The position numbers were made by a program, and so were the translations under genes. Under the pieces are notes generated by a model that worked only from the letters and a program-made list of their open reading frames with translations, searched no databases and was not told the origin of the DNA. A stretch of 64,000 nt of DNA, from IMG/VR virus record IMGVR_UViG_3300048438_000153, positions 62,001-126,000 of that record. One strand, given 5' to 3'. Each line of letters opens with the position of its first letter. Position 1 is the stretch's first letter. Below, piece by piece: positions 10,810 to 20,080 of the stretch.

Positions 10810-10919
10810 TTATGGCTTGATCTGTGTCGGATAGTGTAGTACAAGATGGGTGGCTTTGGAGCTGAGGCAATCTCATCACCGCTCCGCTAACATCCCTCCC
10901 TTATGAGGCGTACATATAC

Positions 10920-11885
10920 ATGACAAACACAGTAATGACGACAGTTTGTCGTTCATTCGGCGCTACTTTCTCTGAGCTTGAGAAAGAACTAATGCCCGAA
11001 GTGAGCGAATCTTTTGAGGCTACTTTCATCCAAATTGAGAAAGAACTAATGCCCGAAGTGAGTGGGTCTTTTGAGGCTACTTTTTCTGAGCTTGAGAAAG
11101 AGCTAATACCCAAGTCACCGAAGACCTCTCTTAAGCTCTTGAATACGAGTAGGAGAGAGAGAAAGAGAACCTCTCGTAGAGAAGAGTCAGTAAGCTCTCC
11201 CAACGAGACTGCAAAATACCTCTACGATGTGAAGCACAATCGCTTCATAGAATGGCAAGAAAGAATCGCTAAATACGCGCTACGCAAGCGCCTCGCTTAC
11301 AATGAGCACGACGCAGACGACCTAGCGTCTAGCTTCATGGTGTGGCTCGTTAAGAAAGACAAGTTTCAGGGGCGAACATCTGACCCTATCATGTACCATT
11401 GGGTACGGGGTCAGATGTTCGTTCAGTGGGTGTCTCGACTACGAGAGAAGCAAGGTAAAGATGGTCTCTCTAGACACCGCGATAAGAAAAACCGCACCCA
11501 ACAAGAGAAGAAGGTCGGGGAGTTTAAGATTACATCTCCAAACTACGCATCCACCGCGATCAGCTCGACCGACGAAAGTGGGCGCGTATCGAGTGAAGAT
11601 TGGTACTACGATTCGGATACAGACCCGACCTCTGAGGAGCTTGAGAAGAAAGATATAGACTCTCACATCTGCGAGGCTTTCGCGTCTGTAGCGAACGAGG
11701 AGGCTGACGTAGAGACTCTCTACAATGTGATGCAAGAGATGATGGACAAGAGCTATCGCTCAGACCTAGAATGGGCTGATGCTTGGTCTGTCTCAAAGCA
11801 GAAGGTCAAGTACCTCAAGTCCATCGTCAGGGACAGCCTACGGTCGAACCGCGCTCTCAGAGAGATCGTGTCTCTCAGCATCTAA
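10920..11885 (+). CDS. phage sigma-70/ECF-like sigma factor with N-terminal tandem repeats
   Basis: Region-2-like HDADDLASSFMVWL resembles the DAEDL motif. C-terminal region-4.2-like HTH: DLEWADAWSVSKQKVKYLKSIVRDSLR. Confidence 0.6.
   Translation: MTNTVMTTVCRSFGATFSELEKELMPEVSESFEATFIQIEKELMPEVSGSFEATFSELEKELIPKSPKTSLKLLNTSRRERKRTSRREESVSSPNETAKYLYDVKHNRFIEWQERIAKYALRKRLAYNEHDADDLASSFMVWLVKKDKFQGRTSDPIMYHWVRGQMFVQWVSRLREKQGKDGLSRHRDKKNRTQQEKKVGEFKITSPNYASTAISSTDESGRVSSEDWYYDSDTDPTSEELEKKDIDSHICEAFASVANEEADVETLYNVMQEMMDKSYRSDLEWADAWSVSKQKVKYLKSIVRDSLRSNRALREIVSLSI
10956..11114 (+). repeat. about 3 x 57-bp coding tandem repeat (19 aa: F(E/G)ATF..(L/I)EKEL(M/I)PEVS.S)
   Basis: Units start at 10956, 11013 and 11070. 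Units 1 and 2 share gagaaagaactaatgcccgaagtgag. Confidence 0.9.
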
Positions 11886-12454
11886 GACTTGTTGATCACG
11901 ACCACATCATCTTTAGATGGGTATCTCCTTGCAAGCGAGCGCCACACACGCAGAGCGTGATCTGAAGTGGGGTTCGAGTTACAGTAGTTGGGAATGAACA
12001 AGAAAGGGACTCTCTTAGTGCGTCTCTCAAAGACGTAGTGGGCGAGTCTTAAGTAGCCCTCAAGACCACACTTACGCCCCCTGAAGCCCTCTTCTAAGTA
12101 GGAGTTAATCACTTCCACGACGTATACCTTACCATCAGGATTGAGGAGAGCTGAATGGTCAGAGACAAGCTCAGCCATTTCCTCATAGCAGACGTACTCA
12201 TCTAGCTCATCCATATGGACTAGAGAAACCGTAGCCTCAAAATCGCCTATTAACTTGTCTTCAGAGTATGCCTGTATGACACTCGTCAACGAGTCGGAGT
12301 CTATGTCCCAACCGCTCTCTCTGTGGAAAGAGACTTGAGACTTAGCGACGAGACGGCGCTCTCTCGACATCCTCTCAGGCGTAAGTGAGTAATCTTCAGG
12401 TAGAGTGCCTTTTGCCATCATGTGTCGGCTCGCGACTCGGATCGACATACTCAC
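11882..12454 (-). CDS. GNAT-like fold protein with RVASRH leader
   Basis: FRGRKCG resembles an acetyl-CoA loop. C-terminal TSDHALRVWRSLARRYPS. Paralogue of 15121-15630. Confidence 0.5.
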   Translation of the reverse strand: MSMSIRVASRHMMAKGTLPEDYSLTPERMSRERRLVAKSQVSFHRESGWDIDSDSLTSVIQAYSEDKLIGDFEATVSLVHMDELDEYVCYEEMAELVSDHSALLNPDGKVYVVEVINSYLEEGFRGRKCGLEGYLRLAHYVFERRTKRVPFLFIPNYCNSNPTSDHALRVWRSLARRYPSKDDVVVINKS

Positions 12455-12819
12455 CGCTTGCCTCCGTCGTAGGCAACTGCGTGACCCTCTTGGATCATGA
12501 GGTCATTAAGGGATTGACCTAGCTCAGTCATGTCCTCTTCATAGAGCCACAGGACACCGAGCCACCTCCCGAACTTACCCTTCTTAACAGTGTGGACGAT
12601 GACAGTCTTTCCCTCGATCAATTCCTTAAGAAAGTTTTTTGCCGAGTAGCCTCTTTCTTTCTCTTCGAGGTCTGTTGTTCTGATCTCAGGGGTGTTGATC
12701 CCAACAAGCCTGACTTTGACGCGCGCGAAGTGCTTCATGCCCTGATCAATCATCAAGGTCACAGTGTCTCCGTCATAGACAGAAATGACCTCTGCTTTGT
12801 AGTGATATAAGCTCTTCAT
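12451..12819 (-). CDS. thermonuclease (SNase-like)
   Basis: Motifs VYDGDT, VRLVGINTPE, GKFGRWLG and LNDLMIQEGHA. Start moved to MKSLYHY at 12819. Confidence 0.9.
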   Translation of the reverse strand: MKSLYHYKAEVISVYDGDTVTLMIDQGMKHFARVKVRLVGINTPEIRTTDLEEKERGYSAKNFLKELIEGKTVIVHTVKKGKFGRWLGVLWLYEEDMTELGQSLNDLMIQEGHAVAYDGGKR

Positions 12820-12820
12820 T

Positions 12821-13573
12821 TTATTTCCTTTCGGTATTGTTTCTTGAGTCAAACACACTCGCCATAGCAGAACCTAATATGCCTGTTAGGACGAGTAGCA
12901 CTCGCTCAATCATAGCGAGTGAGTCTTTAGCTTCGTTATTACCTGTAATCCAAGAAGTTATAATGAGGACGCCTAGCATTGTTATCAAGCCTACTGTGCC
13001 AGTGAATATTTGTCTTAAGAGTGTGATCTGACCTGTTATCTTCTTTTCCTGTAGCAAGGACTCTTCCGCTTTCATCTTTGCTTCATCAGACTCTTTTTTT
13101 AATTTCTCAAGCTCTTCAATAACCTTATGGTTCTCCTCGATACTCGACTGTAGTTGCTTCTCTCTTTCGACTTCCGAACTACGATCAACAAATAAAGCTA
13201 CAAAGTATCGTTCTTCAGAGTTCTTGATGTCTGCAACATTTGCAGACAATGAAACCAAAGAGCCGTCTTTTCGGACTGCCTCTAGCTTTCTCCAACTACC
13301 CATAATCCCACTACTACGCACAGACCTACCCGAATCTGAACCTTCCTTATAGGAGTTCACATAAGACCTGTGGTTTGAAGAGATACTTTCGGGCATTAAC
13401 TTGCGTACATCTAAGCCCACCATTTCTAAATGTTGATAGCCGAATAAGTGTGAAGCGGGTGTGTTCGCAAATCTTATTTCAAGATCACCTGATTTATCTT
13501 TAGGGTAATCACAGACTACAATAGCGATTTGTAGTCTGTTCCCCATCATTTCAAGAGTCTCTATAACCTTCAT
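12821..13573 (-). CDS. PAS domain (FixL-like) + coiled coil + two C-terminal TM helices
   Basis: IRFANTPASHLFGYQHLEMVGLDVRKLMPE...NHRSYV...RKDGS is a PAS signature. Two hydrophobic segments lie at the C-terminus. Confidence 0.8.
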   Translation of the reverse strand: MKVIETLEMMGNRLQIAIVVCDYPKDKSGDLEIRFANTPASHLFGYQHLEMVGLDVRKLMPESISSNHRSYVNSYKEGSDSGRSVRSSGIMGSWRKLEAVRKDGSLVSLSANVADIKNSEERYFVALFVDRSSEVEREKQLQSSIEENHKVIEELEKLKKESDEAKMKAEESLLQEKKITGQITLLRQIFTGTVGLITMLGVLIITSWITGNNEAKDSLAMIERVLLVLTGILGSAMASVFDSRNNTERK

Positions 13574-13585
13574 TTCTTACATCCC

Positions 13586-14845
13586 TTAACTAGCGATGAT
13601 GTAAGAGATGTAATAGTCTTGAGCTTGGACTGCATTATTGGTGATGTCCAATACCACAGCAAACTGATTATTAGGTGCGTCTATCTCAGCAACAAGAGGA
13701 AGAGTCGTAATCAAAGTCGTGGCAAGCTGTAGAGCATTATCAAGCTGTAGAGAAACCACGATAGATGAAGTGGCGGTTAAGACTCCGACTACTGGTGGTG
13801 TGATCGTTAGGGTAGTTCCTTGAGCACCGTTAGCTAAGTTGAGAGTCTCTCGACCTTGATAGTTGCGAGTACCTACAACGCCATCTGCGTCTACGGAAAG
13901 AACACCCTCTGCTAGATGTGGGATGATTAGATTACCTCCATCTGCACCATTCGCCCCATTAGGTATCTCAAGAGTAATGTCTCCACTCTGATTCCCGACA
14001 CTATCACCTTGACCTGTGGTTAAATAAAAGTCTCCACCATCACTGTCATTTTCGCTGTCCCCACATTGGATCTCTACTCGACCACCACTCTCTTGATGAC
14101 CTGTACCAAGACGAATGTTGAAGTCTCCACCCTCCCCACCAAACAGACCTCCATTACCTGTGTTGAAATGTACACTCCCCCCTTTCGATCCTTCCTCATC
14201 TTGAGGGTTTGAGTCATACCCCTTACCTGTATAAACTCTGAACTCTCCGCCACTGCCAACATCTGAGTCCACATCACCTATGAGCTTGTACCCCTCTGAG
14301 GTGTAGAAGTACATATCGGCATCATCAGCATCGGGTTCACCCGGTGCAAATTCTTGATTTGTAGGTGCGTGAGAAACAACCCGCAAGGCAGAAGTAGAGT
14401 CATCATAAAAGATGTCAACAAACCCATTATTGATACCACTCTTCCCTTTCAATCTTAACCCTTGGTCATTAGCGTCACCTACCTCATCCTGTCCATCATG
14501 TGGGTCACGATTAAAGAGTTCAGTGCCTTCGACTAAATCTAAAGCCCCCCCTAGCTCACCCTCGTAGGTTACTGCCACATAGCCATTAGCGAGGTAGTAA
14601 GCGATTGACCCACTCTCGATAGATTGTTCCACTCTATCTGTGAGAGCCATAGAGACTGTATTATTTCCACCTGTAGTGAAAGTCAAACTTGAGGGAGGTG
14701 CGAGTGATCTTGTGTACTGACTCTGATCGAGATTATCAGCAAGGTCGTTGAAGTAAAGAGTGTACCCTTCACCTGTAAGTTCGGTGTTTGTACGAGGGTC
14801 GATAGGCCCTCTACCTGTATGTGTTAGTGTGATCTTCCTAGACAT
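13586..14845 (-). CDS. glycine-rich beta-repeat structural protein (fibre/decoration-like)
   Basis: Repeated GG.(F/V).h.TG.G units and acidic composition; preceded by the late-type motif. Confidence 0.5.
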   Translation of the reverse strand: MSRKITLTHTGRGPIDPRTNTELTGEGYTLYFNDLADNLDQSQYTRSLAPPSSLTFTTGGNNTVSMALTDRVEQSIESGSIAYYLANGYVAVTYEGELGGALDLVEGTELFNRDPHDGQDEVGDANDQGLRLKGKSGINNGFVDIFYDDSTSALRVVSHAPTNQEFAPGEPDADDADMYFYTSEGYKLIGDVDSDVGSGGEFRVYTGKGYDSNPQDEEGSKGGSVHFNTGNGGLFGGEGGDFNIRLGTGHQESGGRVEIQCGDSENDSDGGDFYLTTGQGDSVGNQSGDITLEIPNGANGADGGNLIIPHLAEGVLSVDADGVVGTRNYQGRETLNLANGAQGTTLTITPPVVGVLTATSSIVVSLQLDNALQLATTLITTLPLVAEIDAPNNQFAVVLDITNNAVQAQDYYISYIIAS

Positions 14846-15120
14846 CAGTTAAGTCCTATCTTGGGCATGGGATTTCTATAGAAGCTATTGCATAAACGAT
14901 CCATCAATCTTAGACGTTTTATGCCTCCTTGTAAGGTGTTAAGACACTAATAGATAGGAGGCACAAATGGGAGCTAGGGTCATAACTCTAGCAAAGTGCT
15001 CCGCGCCCTGATCAATGCTGATCGCCTCTGCTATTCTCACGAGTATCTTGGAGATGAGTCAAGGATTCTAAAAGAACAAGAAGACAAACTTAAGACTCGT
15101 GCTCTTTCTCCTCTTCTTGA

Positions 15121-15630
15121 TTAGGGGGCTTCAAGTACTGCGATACAATCGCCCGATGAAGGATACCTTCTTGCTAAGGATGTCCAGACCCGCCTTGCCT
15201 CGTTTGAGGTCACGCCATCCATGCAATAGTGGGGTACAAAGAGGAATGGCTTGCGCCCATTGTCTTTCCAACCCTCTCCCATACACTTCAGATATAGGCT
15301 CTTGCCTATTCCTTGATTTTGATATTCTGAGTTAAGTTCGCTTTCGTTCATGATAAGCACTGTCACCTCACCTCCCCTACCACGAAGAGAGGGAAACTCT
15401 TGGAGTAGGATTCTCACATCACGAATGCAAGGTGAGTTTGTCAGATCATTAGAACTAGTGAGGTCAAAGGTTGCTAGACTGGCATTGATGAGCCCCACTA
15501 CCTTTGACCTCTCACCCGTAGTTCTTTTATAAAGAACTATGTAGAAGTGGTCTCCATCTGTTTCTCTGACATAAACAAGAGAAGAAGACGCTGACAGGTA
15601 CATAGAGGCTACTCTCTCGCAAGGCTTCAC
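15121..15630 (-). CDS. GNAT-like fold protein with RVASMYL leader
   Basis: EYQNQGIGKSLY matches the Q/RxxGxG motif A. Also TSNEARRVWTSLARRYPS. Confidence 0.6.
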   Translation of the reverse strand: MKPCERVASMYLSASSSLVYVRETDGDHFYIVLYKRTTGERSKVVGLINASLATFDLTSSNDLTNSPCIRDVRILLQEFPSLRGRGGEVTVLIMNESELNSEYQNQGIGKSLYLKCMGEGWKDNGRKPFLFVPHYCMDGVTSNEARRVWTSLARRYPSSGDCIAVLEAP

Positions 15631-15641
15631 TTTTTATGTCC

Positions 15642-17252
15642 TTACCTTCTGAGGCCGAGCTCAGAGAACACCTCAAAGATGAAATCTTGCGCCTCTTTAG
15701 GTTCGCCCACCCTCTTAGGAACACCATCCACGACGACTCTTATATTCTTATAGTTAGACCCTGGTCCATCTTGGTTGACGAAGAAGCCCTTTACCTCGAC
15801 CGTAACGCCCTTAGCGGAGAGCCTGATGATGTGGAAAGTGTTTGTCCTGTCAACGTGGTGTACTACGTCTAGCTGACCTTTTCTGAACATCCACCTCAGT
15901 TGGTCTACAAACCTCTTCATCTCAAAGTTAGACATCGGTGTGCTGAGAAGCCCAAAGAAGCGCGCTGTCCTAATTTGATCGCGAGTAACCTCTTGACCGA
16001 GAGGGTCGATCACCTGATGACCATCATCTAAGAGAATATCAAGACACTCCTTCAAAACCCTGTTAATCTTCCTCTGATTTGAAAGCTCTGAAGAAGCCCC
16101 CGCGCTGATGTCAGAAAGAACAAGCTCTGCTTCTATGGTATTAGGAGAGCCATACATAGTGTCTGCTGAAAAGTACACTCTGTTGAAGCCTCTGAAAGAT
16201 CCTCTTAAGGGTTTGAATCCACGACTAGGGCTGAGAGTGTAAGAGACGCCTTCCGAGTCAGTGATGGTAAATCCATTTTTGTAGAAGGCTTCCGCGTTCC
16301 TGACATATTCAGGGTCATCACTCTGCGCTTTATCTCTCAAGTTCAACCTAACCCAAGTTTGGAGAGCTAAAGTGAATGGCTTGAGAGATCTTCTCAAGTT
16401 CCCTCCCTTGATGTCCCCAATCTCTCGTTCTTTCCCGTTCAGATTGACAGAAATAGAAAGGGTTTTAACCTGCCCTCTAGCTCGGGGCAACCAATCTCCC
16501 ATACTTGGGACAACTACAGTGTAAGGACCTCCGAAAGAAGCTCTTCTTTGGTTAGATGGGGTGTTAACTATGAAGTTAAGATCCTCTAACTTATTAATAC
16601 ACTTCTTAACCTTGATCTCCCCTCTAGTTAAGCGCCCCGCAGAACCTTTTCCTGACGTATTAACAAGACTAGGGACTTTTAAAGTTATTGATTGAGCAGG
16701 TAGTTTATAGCCTTCGTATGATACCACCCCGCCTCCCACCACAGGTAGTCTGAACTCCATTCTTTCTTCTCTTTCACTTCGGTAAAAAATACCATCATTT
16801 TTTGCTCGCGAACCCTCTAGAAAGTGCCTCGCTCTCTCCTTGTATTCGCTCTTATCACCTGAGTTCCAAAGTTCGGCGAGGCCGTCAAGGTAATTCTGAA
16901 TAGCTTTTATAAGCTCTTCTTTTGGAACACAGCGTGAATCCATTCGGGCTTGAGAGTGCGACGTCAACTCAAGAGTAATCTCTACCGTATCCCCCTCATA
17001 GGGATGGTTGTCTAATCTATGGAAATAGCGGTGGGTCAAATTCTGATTGGCGTATACAAGGTTTTCGTACTTTCTTTGAAGATCATAGTTTCTTGAGTGA
17101 ACAACAAACATACCGTCTATTTCAGACTCTGTAATCTCAGGTCCGTAGACTGTTCTGATCCTTTCCCTGATTAAATCAGGCCCGTCACACCTTGTTCTGT
17201 CTCCAAGATTATTAAAAAGTAGGGGCGGTTTTATAGGTCTTCGAGATGTCAT
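15642..17252 (-). CDS. hypothetical multidomain protein with a DUF4258/RelE-like motif
   Basis: LTSHSQARMDSRCVPKEELIKAI resembles HAxxRMxxRxI. Internal RRAS and IRTA motifs. Confidence 0.5.
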   Translation of the reverse strand: MTSRRPIKPPLLFNNLGDRTRCDGPDLIRERIRTVYGPEITESEIDGMFVVHSRNYDLQRKYENLVYANQNLTHRYFHRLDNHPYEGDTVEITLELTSHSQARMDSRCVPKEELIKAIQNYLDGLAELWNSGDKSEYKERARHFLEGSRAKNDGIFYRSEREERMEFRLPVVGGGVVSYEGYKLPAQSITLKVPSLVNTSGKGSAGRLTRGEIKVKKCINKLEDLNFIVNTPSNQRRASFGGPYTVVVPSMGDWLPRARGQVKTLSISVNLNGKEREIGDIKGGNLRRSLKPFTLALQTWVRLNLRDKAQSDDPEYVRNAEAFYKNGFTITDSEGVSYTLSPSRGFKPLRGSFRGFNRVYFSADTMYGSPNTIEAELVLSDISAGASSELSNQRKINRVLKECLDILLDDGHQVIDPLGQEVTRDQIRTARFFGLLSTPMSNFEMKRFVDQLRWMFRKGQLDVVHHVDRTNTFHIIRLSAKGVTVEVKGFFVNQDGPGSNYKNIRVVVDGVPKRVGEPKEAQDFIFEVFSELGLRR

Positions 17253-17314
17253 CCTCTGAACTCCTTATATGGTAGTCTTTACAGTGCAGTCGAACACATA
17301 AAAGGAGTACAGAT

Positions 17315-17716
17315 ATGGGCGCAGGAGTCTTATTACAGAAAGATGGGAGGGTTCTCCTCCTCAAGAGAAATAGAAGAAACGACCAATGGGGAGGATATTG
17401 GAACTGTCCTGGCGGAAGCTCAGAGATGGGAGAGTCTCGCTATCAGACCGCTCTCAGAGAAATGAATGAAGAGATAGGAGAGACGCCCCCTTTTAGGGTC
17501 TATGACCACATAGACACAAGAGGCTACACGCTCTTTCTAGCTGACGTGGACTACTTTTTCGCACCCACGCTCAACGAAGAACACTCTGAATGGAGGTGGT
17601 TCGAGAAATCAAGTGTTCTCTCTCTGCCTCTACACCCTAAAGATAGGAAGCCGATCAACCACCTGTTCAGGAAAGAAATAAAGCCCCCTCAGCCCATCGC
17701 GCCACCTAAGACTTAG
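17315..17716 (+). CDS. Nudix hydrolase
   Basis: Nudix box GGSSEMGESRYQTALREMNEEIG; also LNEEHSEWRWF. Confidence 0.92.
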   Translation: MGAGVLLQKDGRVLLLKRNRRNDQWGGYWNCPGGSSEMGESRYQTALREMNEEIGETPPFRVYDHIDTRGYTLFLADVDYFFAPTLNEEHSEWRWFEKSSVLSLPLHPKDRKPINHLFRKEIKPPQPIAPPKT

Positions 17717-20010
17717 TAGGCGTAAGAGGCATTCTTTCCGAACACGTTATCATCTAGAACCTCTTCGATCTCACCGTAGTTCTCCTCATACCAATCGAGG
17801 TGACCTGGCTCATCGACCACATCGTCTTTCGCGCCCTTGAAGTACGCGATAATGATAGGTGTGATGATCTCAAGAAGAGGGATAGAAGCAGTCGCCCAAA
17901 GCGCCTCAATGCCTGTCAGCTTAACTAAGACATAAGGCAAGAGGTAGTGCTCAAGAACCTCCACAAACGCCACCGCGATTGCCATGAGAACAACCTTGAA
18001 TACGCGCATAGGCCACTTGATATACCACTGTTTATCTGCATCTGCATCCCAACCGTATTTCTTAATGATCTCAAAGGCGTGTTTGATGATCTCGATGGGG
18101 TTGATCGTATGCCATGCTTTCTTGAGGGCTCTCTCAATAACTTTCTTACTGTGCTCCTGAGCAGCCTCCTCAACCAACTTCTTCTTAACTGATGGAGGTA
18201 CAGGGAGTTGGTTAGTGTCTCCCCACACATAACCCTCAATAAACTCAGGGCTCTTATCGCTAGGAGGATCGAGCTCATCTACATAGCCTCCGCGAGACAT
18301 GGCGCGCTCTTGGTTACGGAGCTTTGCACCCTGTTCAAACTCTTCAAAGTCTGCGTCAACCTCTGCCTCAAGCATCTTCTCCGCGACTTCAGGGGCAATC
18401 GCCTCAATCACGTCATCCATGAGGTCATCTACAGGCATCGTGAAAAGGTCGAGATGTCTGCGGAACTTGTCGATAGGGTTCACGACATACTTAAGAAGCA
18501 TCGCCTTAAGTGAGTCTTTCGCGCCCGCCTGATAGTACATAGCAGCGGTTCTGATCTGACCCTCGTAAGAGTTCTGACTCGCTCTTCTCTGCATAACCTG
18601 ACGGACAACCTGTCTCTTCAAATGTCTTTGATCCATTTCTAGCTCTCTTTCTGAATGGGGGATCGTTTTCTTATATGGCTTCATTAACGACTTATCGAGA
18701 ACCCTACTTGCTGAAGAGGTCTTTGAGCTTTTCTTACTTAAGCTAAGGGCATCTACTAGCTCTTGGTCTATTTCTTTCTCTCCGCTTAAGTAAGACCTCA
18801 TCTCATTACCTATCCCCACAGGGTCTTTCTCTAACTCTTCTAAAATCATGTCTTGAACGTCATAGAAGTGTTTCATCCGCGCCAACATTACGAAAGTAGG
18901 TAACTTATCTTCTGAACCGAGCTTCAGGGAGTTAAAGAAACTCTGAAACTTCTTCATCGGAGTATACGCCTCTGAGTGACCCTCATAACCTAACTGTTTT
19001 AGACCCTTATCTATCGAGGGTCTTGCGTTTTCTTGAAAGTCAGAATAAAGCCCACATATCTTTTCTCTCGCGTCTTTTGGAGAAAGAGATTTGTCTTCTA
19101 AGACAGACTGTAGCTTTTTACTGTACTCAGCCTCCACCCCTTCGGGAGTTTGATAGCCTGAGTATATATCTGAAGCTAGGCTGTCGAAGTTAGAGGCACT
19201 TTCTCTCCTTTTGCTTGAGAGCTGATGTAGTGCTTTCTTGTAGAAAACCATCCCCGCCCCAAAAGCAACTGCGGTAGACCCCACTGTAGCAACCACACCT
19301 GTAGCACCTAAAGCAGTTAAGATATTGGTGGTCGCTAACCCCGCAACCGCATTAACAGAAGCAACCCCCCCTTGAGCTCCAGCGCCCCAACCTAACAGGG
19401 GGAGAACCGTAGTCATAGTCCAATTAAGAGAGCAATTTCTAACCATCTGCCTGACTTCAGGATTCTCATCTTTTTTCTTTGACTTCAAGACCTTAAGAGA
19501 CAGAATATCTCCGAGCATCTTCGGAGTTCTTCTTAGAAACTCGTCGCCGATAGATGCGTCCCAAAACTGCTTCAACGCACCCCTCTGAAAACCATCAGTC
19601 TTAAAGCTACGACTAACCTCACTCGCTAAAGCTTTTAAGGACTCTTCAGAAGTCTCTTGGAGAGTCAGGTTGAGCTTGTTATCAGAAAAGACGTCTTCAG
19701 GTAGCCCGAGATTAGGCTTAGATAAGTTCTCAACAACCTGCTTGGAGATGTCTTTCTGAACCGCTTCGTTGAAGCCCTCAAATAACTTGAGAGCGAAATC
19801 ATATCTAGCTTTGTTTAGAGGATCAGCTCTTTCTTTCTCTGAAAGGTAAGACCATCCCTTCACTGTGGTGTACTGAACAATGTTTCCTGTAGGCTTGAAA
19901 CAGTCCTCCCAATCTTTAAACTTTTTGTCGATAAGGTCAAAGACTGTCTCGCTCTCTGATTTTTTAAGTGCTTTCAGGTATCTTGAAGCGACTCTTCTTG
20001 ATGCGCTCAT
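17713..20010 (-). CDS. hypothetical 765-aa protein with two hydrophobic (TM-like) regions and an RVASRYL leader
   Basis: A Gly/Ala-rich hydrophobic stretch at about aa 200-255 and a C-terminal hydrophobic cluster. Several RxA motifs. Confidence 0.6.
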   Translation of the reverse strand: MSASRRVASRYLKALKKSESETVFDLIDKKFKDWEDCFKPTGNIVQYTTVKGWSYLSEKERADPLNKARYDFALKLFEGFNEAVQKDISKQVVENLSKPNLGLPEDVFSDNKLNLTLQETSEESLKALASEVSRSFKTDGFQRGALKQFWDASIGDEFLRRTPKMLGDILSLKVLKSKKKDENPEVRQMVRNCSLNWTMTTVLPLLGWGAGAQGGVASVNAVAGLATTNILTALGATGVVATVGSTAVAFGAGMVFYKKALHQLSSKRRESASNFDSLASDIYSGYQTPEGVEAEYSKKLQSVLEDKSLSPKDAREKICGLYSDFQENARPSIDKGLKQLGYEGHSEAYTPMKKFQSFFNSLKLGSEDKLPTFVMLARMKHFYDVQDMILEELEKDPVGIGNEMRSYLSGEKEIDQELVDALSLSKKSSKTSSASRVLDKSLMKPYKKTIPHSERELEMDQRHLKRQVVRQVMQRRASQNSYEGQIRTAAMYYQAGAKDSLKAMLLKYVVNPIDKFRRHLDLFTMPVDDLMDDVIEAIAPEVAEKMLEAEVDADFEEFEQGAKLRNQERAMSRGGYVDELDPPSDKSPEFIEGYVWGDTNQLPVPPSVKKKLVEEAAQEHSKKVIERALKKAWHTINPIEIIKHAFEIIKKYGWDADADKQWYIKWPMRVFKVVLMAIAVAFVEVLEHYLLPYVLVKLTGIEALWATASIPLLEIITPIIIAYFKGAKDDVVDEPGHLDWYEENYGEIEEVLDDNVFGKNASYAY

Positions 20011-20080
20011 CTAACACCCCCCCCCTAAAGAAATGTCTTTTCTGATATAGTTAAAAACAGTTAAGTATAAAGGATCTAAC

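Noticed and set aside
10956-11114. CRISPR array or replication iterons
   Set aside because: The units are contiguous 57-bp in-frame coding repeats without unique spacers.
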